Shown: positions 15,297-21,742, numbered from the stretch's first letter. The stretch is DNA of 24,000 bases from Williamsia sp. DF01-3 (GCF_023051145.1 NZ_JALKFS010000005.1:2039733-2063732); one strand, 5' to 3'. Translations and numbers: made by a program. Notes: generated by a model from the letters alone, not told the origin.

Positions 15297-15898
15297 ATGA
15301 GCAAGTTCAGCATGTTCGGTCTGCGCCGCGTTGTCGGCGCTGGCGCGATTACCGCGGTTGCCGCCATTGGCCTGGCCAGCATGGGCGCAGGAAACGCCGC
15401 CGCAGGACCCCTGCCCAGCGGCAGCAAGGTGACCCAGGTGTCGACGGCACCGTCGTCAAGATCAGCCGCACCGGCGAGGCCGCTTACCCGGTCCCGTCCT
15501 TGGCGAACAACGGCGCAGGTCGCGCCGCAGAGGTTTCCGGCCTCGTCACCGTGACCGCCGATGGCGCCAGCGGTACCCTGACCACCGGCTACATCGTCGG
15601 CTGCCAGGTCGACATCACCGGTCTCGAAGGTGGCCTGAACGCCTCCATCGATTCTTCTCTGAGCCTGGGCCTCGACGGCTCGCTCACGTTCCCACTGGCA
15701 CCTGGTGAAGCGGCTTTCGTTCCGCTCGGCACCAAGAGCTTCGAGGGCGGCGTTGCAAGCGTCCAGTACAAGCGTCAGGGCATCGAGGTGCAGCAGTGTG
15801 GCGGATACGCCCAGGCTCGCGCCTTCACCACCGTGCAGACCGAGGGCAACTACGTCATCAAGTCGACCCTCTATGGCGCCCCGTTCAGCCTGAACTGA
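15297..15898 (+). pseudogene. MspA-family porin, reading frame interrupted at 15441-15442
   Basis: Track ORF 15297..15554 gives the signal peptide MSKFSMFGLRRVVGAGAITAVAAIGLASMGAGNAAA followed by GPLPSGSKVTQV. The rest of the protein is in the 15500..15898 frame, which is open back to DGTVVKISRTGEAAYPVPSLANNGAGRAAEVSGLVTVTADG...GYIVGCQVD...YGAPFSLN. The paralogue reads TQKLIDGSNVTV. Adding one base gives TQV-x-DGTVVKI. Confidence 0.75.
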
Positions 15899-15902
15899 TC
15901 GT

Positions 15903-15940
15903 CGGCAGATAAACCAACTAGCCTGAAATCTTATCTGCCG
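15903..15940 (+). other. Intercistronic stem-loop between the two porin genes
   Basis: Perfect 10-bp stem CGGCAGATAA / TTATCTGCCG with an 18-nt loop and no U-tract. It may be a processing or stability element or a weak terminator. Confidence 0.4.
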
Positions 15941-15970
15941 CAAGCAGATTCATATTCCTGAAGGGGAATC

Positions 15971-16612
15971 ATGCGCAACAAACTCTCGCGTCGTCTCGCC
16001 GCGGTGGCCGGCATCGCCGGTGTCTCGGCCATCGCACTGTCCTCCATGGGTGCCGGCGGCGCAGCTGCCGGTGCTCTGCCCGGTGGCGTCGCCACCCAGA
16101 AGCTGATCGACGGCTCCAACGTCACCGTCACGCTGAAGGACGAGTTCGTCAACATCCAGCCGTCGACCGTGGCGGTTCCGACCAGCCGCAACGTGTGGCT
16201 GTCGGGCAAGGTGCTCGTCACCGTCGACGGTGAAGCCGAAGGCGCCACCGTCGAAGCCGGTTACGTTGTCGGCTGCCAGCTGACCTTCGGTGCCGGCGGT
16301 AAAGCCGGTATCGGGACCTCGCTGGATCTTTCGGCTCCCGGCACCCCGTTCACCACTCCCGAGGCCGGCCTGAGCGGCGGTCTGACGCTCGGACCCGGTG
16401 AGGCCACCTACGTGCCGATCCTGTCGTCCGACGACGCCACCGACTTCAGCTTCGAGGGCAACGCCGGCGGCATCGCTTACAGCCAGGAAACCGTCAAGAT
16501 CGACGGCTGCGCCGGATACGCCGAAGGACAGGCGTACGTCAAGGTCACCGTCGACACCCCGTCGGTCACCGGCATCGTCACCCTGTGGGGCTCCAAGTTC
16601 AGCCTCGGCTGA
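15971..16612 (+). CDS. MspA-family porin (intact, 213 aa with signal peptide)
   Basis: The signal peptide is MRNKLSRRLAAVAGIAGVSAIALSSMGAGGAAA. The mature part is beta-rich, with EAGYVVGCQLTFG aligning to MspA ELGYQIGFPW. The C-terminal LWGSKFSLG corresponds to MspA TYGEPWNMN. RBS GAAGGGG. Confidence 0.8.
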   Translation: MRNKLSRRLAAVAGIAGVSAIALSSMGAGGAAAGALPGGVATQKLIDGSNVTVTLKDEFVNIQPSTVAVPTSRNVWLSGKVLVTVDGEAEGATVEAGYVVGCQLTFGAGGKAGIGTSLDLSAPGTPFTTPEAGLSGGLTLGPGEATYVPILSSDDATDFSFEGNAGGIAYSQETVKIDGCAGYAEGQAYVKVTVDTPSVTGIVTLWGSKFSLG

Positions 16613-16646
16613 TAGGCAGATCCCTGCTGCTTGACAACTGAACAAC

Positions 16647-16690
16647 CCGGAAGCCGGACCACCGCAGGGTGTTCCGGCTTTCGGTGTTTC
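16647..16690 (+). terminator. Intrinsic terminator after the porin genes
   Basis: Stem CCGGAAGCCGGA / TCCGGCTTTCGG, 12 bp with one G-U, and a 14-nt loop. It is followed by TGTTTC. Confidence 0.6.
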
Positions 16691-16745
16691 ACCAGGACGA
16701 TGAAATTGCTGGTGCTGGCCGGGAAGGCGCCGCGACCGTGAGCAT

Positions 16746-16761
16746 TCGAACATGCGTTCGA
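16746..16761. promoter_or_regulatory. LexA SOS box (perfect mycobacterial consensus)
   Basis: TCGAAC-atgc-GTTCGA is an exact match to TCGAAC(N4)GTTCGA. It lies 108 nt upstream of the DUF222-HNH start codon. Confidence 0.8.
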
Positions 16762-16786
16762 CAATCTGCTGATATTGGATTACAAT
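16757..16786 (+). promoter_or_regulatory. Predicted promoter of the DUF222-HNH gene, overlapped by the SOS box
   Basis: A -35-like TTCGAC (16757-16762, inside the right half of the SOS box), an 18-nt spacer, and -10 TACAAT (16781-16786). Confidence 0.5.
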
Positions 16787-16868
16787 TGGTCATAGGGAAT
16801 CGTCCTGACAACTGAGGCACTCCGCATCTGTTGTCAGCGTTCGCTTTTCGGTTGACTGGGGGGTCATC

Positions 16869-18773
16869 ATGTCCGACGGTGCTGTCATCGATTCGCCTGT
16901 GGTGGGCGCGGTGTCAGATCTGGAGTCGGCGATCGATCAGCTCGCCGAACTGAATCTGACGACGCTTTCCGACGAGGATTGTGTACGTCTGGTCGACCGA
17001 TTGGAGGTCGCATCGCGGCGGTTGCAGTCCGCAGGGTTGCCGGTGTTGCGGGAAGTGGTTGTGCGACGCGCGTATTCGAAACTCGGGTGTTCCTCGCCGG
17101 CTGCGATGTTGACCTCGCTGGCGCGGCTGCGCCCGGGGGCTGCCCGAGCTCGGGTGGAAGCAATGGACGCGTTGACGCCGTCGGTGACTCCCAGCGGTGA
17201 AGTGGTAGATGCTCGATTCCCGAACACCGCAGAAGCGTTGCGCGAGGGTGTGATCGGACTTGATCACGCTGGAGTGGTGGCGAGGGTGATGGCAAAGATT
17301 CCGCACAAGGTCGATGCGGAGAAGCGGACAAATACAGAGGTGGCGCTGGCTGATCTGTGCCGCAAGCACACTCCCGGACAAGTCGAGGCGATCGGTGAGC
17401 GCATCCTCGAGTACTTGGATCCCGACGGGACGTTGGCCGATGACACCGACAGGGCCCGGAAACGTGGATTCACCGTGGGGAAGCCGGCCACGGATCTCAT
17501 GTCGACGGTAGCGGGACATCTGGACCCGGTGACCCGGGCGTTGCTGGATGTGATGCTCGCGGTGTGGGCCGCTCCGGGGATGAACAATCCTGATGATCCG
17601 CTGTCGCCCTCAGGTGCAGCCGATGATCCGACGTTGGACAGAGACCTGCTGCAGGCTGCGGCAGACAACGACACCCGCAGTGCGGCGCAGCGTAATCACG
17701 ATGCGGTGAAATCGATGCTGATGTACCTGCTCGAATCGGGGCAGCTGGGCAAGACGCATCACGGTTTGCCAGTGCAGGTCGTCATCAACATGACCAAAGA
17801 CCAGCTCGACCAGTACATGCGCGAGCAGGTGTCGCCAGAAGGCGTTGGCGGAGAGAGCTTTTCGAGATCTGAGTTTGGACCCGGTCGAGCGCTGGCGTTG
17901 GCAGCAGAATCAGACCGCGAACCGGAGCCAGACTACACGCCGGAGCCAGACCGCAAGCCGGAGCCGGCCCGCGAGGCAGAGCGCACGCCAGAGCCGGCAT
18001 CAACGCTGGAGCCAGACCCCGAAGCAGAGCAAGACCGTGAAGCGGAGGACGTTCACCCGTACCTGGAGACGCAGTGGGAGGATCTGAGCTGGTTGCCTTC
18101 GTTCCCTGGTGGGCCGTCACGGCCGTACGGCACGGGCCTGGTCTATACGGCGACCGGTGCGGTGTTGCCGATCGCTGATGCGCTGAGGCTTGCAGTGCGT
18201 TCCGACAAGACGCTGGCAATTTTCGAGAACCACTCGAATGAGCCGTTGTTCCTGGGTCGAGCACGCCGATTGGCCAGTGAGGCGCAACGTCTGGCGATGT
18301 TTGCCGCGCACCGAGGGTGTTCGCATCCGGGCTGTTCGAATCCGGCGTTGTGGGCCGAGGCGCACCATGTCCGCGAATGGGCGCAGGGCGGGTTCACCGA
18401 CATCACTCACCTGGCTCCGGCATGCCCGCAGCACCACCAACTCGTCGGACCGGGGGAGCATCGGTGGCAGACGGTGATGATCACCGACGGCCCCGACGCA
18501 GGGCGGTGTGCCTGGATCCCGCCGGCACTGTTGGATCCGGAGCGACAACCCCGGGTCAACCGTGCCCACCACCCGGACGAAGCCATCATCGAGGCCCGTC
18601 AGGGCATGCTCGCCCGCCGCAAAGCCGAACTCGAGCAACGCAACCGAGAACTCGGCCCTCAACCACCAGATTCACGACCCACCAGACCGTCGGAGAACAA
18701 CCCTCCGCCAGAAGTCCAGCTCCCTCCAGGTGCCCCTCAGGCCGCGGATGTCCTCGTGGAACAAGGGCAGTGA
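16869..18773 (+). CDS. DUF222 / HNH endonuclease protein (REP13E12-family-like)
   Basis: Track ORF of 634 aa. The N-terminus is DUF222-like (AIDQLAELNLTTLSDEDCVRLVDRLEVASRRLQSAGL). The C-terminal HNH motif is CSHPGCSNPALWAEAHHVREWAQGGFTDITHLAPACPQHHQLV. Codon usage differs from its neighbours, for example five TTG Leu codons in the first ~80 codons. Confidence 0.85.
   Translation: MSDGAVIDSPVVGAVSDLESAIDQLAELNLTTLSDEDCVRLVDRLEVASRRLQSAGLPVLREVVVRRAYSKLGCSSPAAMLTSLARLRPGAARARVEAMDALTPSVTPSGEVVDARFPNTAEALREGVIGLDHAGVVARVMAKIPHKVDAEKRTNTEVALADLCRKHTPGQVEAIGERILEYLDPDGTLADDTDRARKRGFTVGKPATDLMSTVAGHLDPVTRALLDVMLAVWAAPGMNNPDDPLSPSGAADDPTLDRDLLQAAADNDTRSAAQRNHDAVKSMLMYLLESGQLGKTHHGLPVQVVINMTKDQLDQYMREQVSPEGVGGESFSRSEFGPGRALALAAESDREPEPDYTPEPDRKPEPAREAERTPEPASTLEPDPEAEQDREAEDVHPYLETQWEDLSWLPSFPGGPSRPYGTGLVYTATGAVLPIADALRLAVRSDKTLAIFENHSNEPLFLGRARRLASEAQRLAMFAAHRGCSHPGCSNPALWAEAHHVREWAQGGFTDITHLAPACPQHHQLVGPGEHRWQTVMITDGPDAGRCAWIPPALLDPERQPRVNRAHHPDEAIIEARQGMLARRKAELEQRNRELGPQPPDSRPTRPSENNPPPEVQLPPGAPQAADVLVEQGQ
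17922..18017 (+). repeat. Imperfect 18-bp (hexapeptide) tandem repeat inside the HNH gene
   Basis: Units of CCGGAGCCAGAC type occur at 17922, 17940, 17958, 17988 and 18006. They encode EPEPDYTPEPDRKPEPAREAERTPEPASTLEPDPEAEQ. Confidence 0.7.
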
Positions 18774-18839
18774 AAACAGGAACAACGAAACAGCAGGCAC
18801 GGCGTGCTGTGGTCCGAGATCGCTGGACCCTTCGACAAA

Positions 18840-18869
18840 GTATCGCCCCGGCCTGAGCCGGGGCGATAC
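18840..18869. terminator. Bidirectional terminator between the convergent HNH and mscL genes
   Basis: Perfect 13-bp stem GTATCGCCCCGGC / GCCGGGGCGATAC with a 4-nt loop CTGA. Confidence 0.8.
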
Positions 18870-18883
18870 GTCGATCTCGAACA

Positions 18884-19813
18884 TTACGGGCTGCTGTGCC
18901 TGCCGCCGCCGTTGTGGTCATCGCGACGTCCCGGTGGCGGCCCGTAGTTAGGCGGGGGACCGGTGAGCGGGTCGTAACCGGGTGGCGGGCCGGTCAACGG
19001 ATCGGGGCGGTAACCCTGACCCTGGTCTGGCCCCTCATGCTGCGGCGGGTTCGGGCGTGGTGGCGGAGCCGGGTTGTACCCGGGCGGCGGACCCGGCGGC
19101 TGCTGATAGCCGGGAGGCGGTCCACCCAGCGGCGGCTGGCTCCGCGGCGGCACACCGCCCTGGGGCGGCTGTCCCTGCGGCGGCTGGCCGATCGGTCCTG
19201 AGCCGCCGGTAGGCGGACCCTGCGTCGGATAGGCGTTGGCGCCACCGATCCGGTCCGACTGCTGCGAAGAGAACTGCTGCGTACCGGCAGAAGACGCGCC
19301 GGCGCCGGCGGCGGCGGGACCCGAGTAAAGAGGACCGGACTGCGGGCCGTCGTCGCCCCGCCGGTCGATGAGAGCCTGATCCTTCTCGCTCGTCGCGCCG
19401 GCGATCTTGGCCTTCTCCTCCGCGGGATCCTTGCCTTGGAGAATGTCGCGGATCTCGGCGAGCAACTCTGACTCCGTCTGGGCCGCGGCGTCGTCGCCGT
19501 CGCGCGCGGCCAGCGTCTTCAATTTCTCGTACGGCATCACGATCAGGAAGTAGACAACCGCGGCAACGATCAGGAAGTTGATGGCGGCGGCGATGAGGGC
19601 GCCGATGTCCACAAACGTTTCCGGATTGCCGGACCTGATGGTGAATCCCAGCCCCTGCGCGGAATCGGTGCCACCGATCGAGTTCACCAACGGTTGAATG
19701 ATGTTGGTGGTGAACGCTGTGACGATCGCGGTGAAGGCAGCACCGACGACCACGGCGACAGCGAGGTCGATGACGTTTCCCCGCATGAGGAAATCTTTGA
19801 AGCCCTTGAACAT
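18884..19813 (-). CDS. mscL: Large-conductance mechanosensitive channel MscL with a long Pro/Gly/Gln-rich C-terminal extension (309 aa)
   Basis: The N-terminus MFKGFKDFLMRGNVIDLAVAVVVGAAFTAIV is canonical MscL TM1. TM2 is FVDIGALIAAAINFLIVAAVVYFLIVMPY, and the cytoplasmic helix is ESELLAEIRDIL. About 180 further residues carry PPPGY/PPPNY repeats. Confidence 0.9.
   Translation of the reverse strand: MFKGFKDFLMRGNVIDLAVAVVVGAAFTAIVTAFTTNIIQPLVNSIGGTDSAQGLGFTIRSGNPETFVDIGALIAAAINFLIVAAVVYFLIVMPYEKLKTLAARDGDDAAAQTESELLAEIRDILQGKDPAEEKAKIAGATSEKDQALIDRRGDDGPQSGPLYSGPAAAGAGASSAGTQQFSSQQSDRIGGANAYPTQGPPTGGSGPIGQPPQGQPPQGGVPPRSQPPLGGPPPGYQQPPGPPPGYNPAPPPRPNPPQHEGPDQGQGYRPDPLTGPPPGYDPLTGPPPNYGPPPGRRDDHNGGGRHSSP
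18944..19003 (-). repeat. 30-nt tandem duplication encoding DPLTGPPPGY / DPLTGPPPNY
   Basis: Unit 1 is gat ccg ttg acc ggc ccg cca ccc ggt tac. Unit 2 is gac ccg ctc acc ggt ccc ccg cct aac tac. Six codons differ synonymously and one (G to N) non-synonymously. Confidence 0.85.
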
Positions 19814-19904
19814 GTAGTGACCCTTCCCACGAGGGAAACGAGCTCTAATTGCAGTCCGCTGATCCTAACCAGCGGTCGCGGAAATTGCCGTTCACAACAT
19901 GCAG

Positions 19905-20576
19905 TCAGTGAAAAACGAGTGTGATCGGAGCAGTGAGGGTGGCCGCCGCGACCACGTGCGCGTCGCGCTCTGGCAAGGCGAGAACGGCAAGTCGGGCATC
20001 TGACCCCGTCCGCGAACCTGACTCCTGCGACACGAGTGCGACCACTGCTGCCTTGGCCAAAACCTCTGTCGCCGATGACCCTTCAGCGGTGTCGGCATCG
20101 TCGATACTCAGCACGTCGACCACGTCTCCTTCGCGGAGGAGATCGATCACCGCTGTGTCGGCCACCTTGACCGGAACCAGGCGGGCATCGGGACGATGCA
20201 TGATCTGAACCGGCAGGCGGCTGGTGAGCACGCGCGAATCGGTCAGTATCTCGCCCGCCCGCACCGGACCGGTCACCGTCTTGTCCAGGAAGTCGGCTGC
20301 GTTGTCGACTGTGCCTGCCGGGAGGTCACCGGGACGGAACTCGCGCGTGGTCAGGTCGCCGATCGTGAGGGGTTGCCCAGGGCTGATGTCATGGGCCGCG
20401 ATCACCGCCGGCCGCAGTTCCTCGGTGCGACCCGCCGTCAGTGCGGCCACGAGTGCGACCGCCAGCAGCACGATGGCACAGGCGCGGCGGAGGAGCAGCG
20501 ACCGTGTCCATCCGGGCCTGACGGCATGACGGACACGGTCGGCGAGTGTGGGGTTCAGAGCATTGCGCGCGGCCAT
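19905..20576 (-). CDS. SAF-domain (CpaB/RcpC N-terminal-like) membrane-anchored protein
   Basis: Track ORF 19905..20582 (TTG); ATG at 20576 gives MAARNALN... It has one N-terminal TM segment (ACAIVLLAVALVAALTA). The SAF-like region is VIAAHDISPGQPLTIGDLTTREFRPGDLPAGTV...VTGPVRAGEILTDSRV. Confidence 0.7.
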   Translation of the reverse strand: MAARNALNPTLADRVRHAVRPGWTRSLLLRRACAIVLLAVALVAALTAGRTEELRPAVIAAHDISPGQPLTIGDLTTREFRPGDLPAGTVDNAADFLDKTVTGPVRAGEILTDSRVLTSRLPVQIMHRPDARLVPVKVADTAVIDLLREGDVVDVLSIDDADTAEGSSATEVLAKAAVVALVSQESGSRTGSDARLAVLALPERDAHVVAAATLTAPITLVFH

Positions 20577-20669
20577 GGGCAAACGTTATGGCGATTGCCA
20601 TCCATCGTCCGCTTGGTCAGGCACCGATATGAGGTTGCCTGTGCACAGTCCACTGTGTGTGGACAGGTG

Positions 20670-20987
20670 TCAGGAAGCAGCCTTGGCAGTGGTCGAACTG
20701 CTGGACGTGCTGCTGCCCGAATCCGTCGACTTCGCTGCAGGCGCCGATTCCTTGCTGCCGGAGTCGGACTTCGACGAGTCGCTCGAACTCGACTCGCTGC
20801 TCGTGGTGGTGGAGCGGCTGTCGTTGCGGTAGAAGCCGCTGCCCTTGAACACGATGCCCACGCTGTTGAACAGTTTGCGCAGCTTACCGGCGCATTTCGG
20901 GCATTCGGTGAGCGAGTCGTCGCTGAAAGATTGCACGATGTCGAAGCGGTTGTCGCACTGTGTGCAAGCGTACGAATATGTGGGCAC
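20670..20987 (-). CDS. FmdB-family zinc-ribbon protein with a Ser-rich disordered tail (Rv0991c/Ruc-like)
   Basis: GTG start preceded by GGAGG. The product MPTYSYACTQCDNRFDIVQSFSDDSLTECPKCAGKLRKLFNSVGIVFKGSGFY has a CxxC...CxxC zinc ribbon. A C-terminus of about 50 aa rich in Ser and Thr follows. Synteny with FCL and galU is as for Rv0991c-Rv0993. Confidence 0.85.
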   Translation of the reverse strand: MPTYSYACTQCDNRFDIVQSFSDDSLTECPKCAGKLRKLFNSVGIVFKGSGFYRNDSRSTTTSSESSSSDSSKSDSGSKESAPAAKSTDSGSSTSSSSTTAKAAS

Positions 20988-21068
20988 CGAAGACCTCCGA
21001 AGGTGTTAAGCCGAGAACGTTGTGGATTCTACCGTCGAACTGGCACTCTTCGTTAACGAGTGCCAAGG

Positions 21069-21665
21069 TCAGCTTGTTCCCAGCCGTCTGAACCCCTCGC
21101 CGGGTGTCAGGCTCCAGCCCATCGGCACGTCGAAGTCGTCCGATGGCAGCTCGTCCACCAGTTCGTCGTCGAACACCACGGCCACCAATTTGTTCGTGTC
21201 CACCTCTGGGATCGACCGGTCGTAGTAGCCGGCTCCGCGACCGAGTCGAATGCCGTGGCGGTCGACCGACAGCGCAGGGACCAGGATCAGAGCGGCGTCA
21301 CCGAGTGCGTCAGGTGAGGCGCTGTCCCCGCTGGGCTCCAACAGTCCAAATCGTCCTTCATGCAATGACTCCGGTCCGTCGTACCAGGCCCAACGCAGCG
21401 GGGCAGGCGGGCCCGCCGCCACTTTCGGCAGCAAGACCCGGAAGCCTCCCTCGCGCAACACCTCCAACATCGCGGTGGTGCCCGGTTCGCTACCGACCGG
21501 GACGTAGGCCGCAATGGCGGCGCCCGGCCCCACCCGTGGACCGCCCTCGGGGAGGTTCGCGATCCACGTCACAATCGAGGCATCCAGGCTCGCCTTAACC
21601 TGGGGAGACAGGCTGTCGCGACGCTCGAGGGCGAGCTTTCTCCAGGTTGCTTTGTCGATGAAAAT
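21069..21665 (-). CDS. 5-formyltetrahydrofolate cyclo-ligase; N-terminal boundary unresolved
   Basis: Track ORF 21069..21572 (GTG) contains AAYVPVGSEP and LILVPALSVDRHGIRLGRGAGYYDR. The frame stays open up to 21704 and encodes IFIDKATWRKLALERRDSLSPQVKASLDASI, the family-typical N-terminal K-x2-LR-x6-R-x2-L helix. There is no ATG/GTG/TTG in that stretch. The end coordinate 21665 is an ATT preceded by GAGAGGGG. Alternatively, ATG 21682 comes into frame if one G is added to a G4 run. Confidence 0.75.
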   Translation of the reverse strand: MFIDKATWRKLALERRDSLSPQVKASLDASIVTWIANLPEGGPRVGPGAAIAAYVPVGSEPGTTAMLEVLREGGFRVLLPKVAAGPPAPLRWAWYDGPESLHEGRFGLLEPSGDSASPDALGDAALILVPALSVDRHGIRLGRGAGYYDRSIPEVDTNKLVAVVFDDELVDELPSDDFDVPMGWSLTPGEGFRRLGTS

Positions 21666-21742
21666 CGGTACGCCCCTCTCATGTTTGGCGATCAGCCGAT
21701 AGGTTTACTCACACACCAGTGTGATCAACCTAGGGTGGGAAA

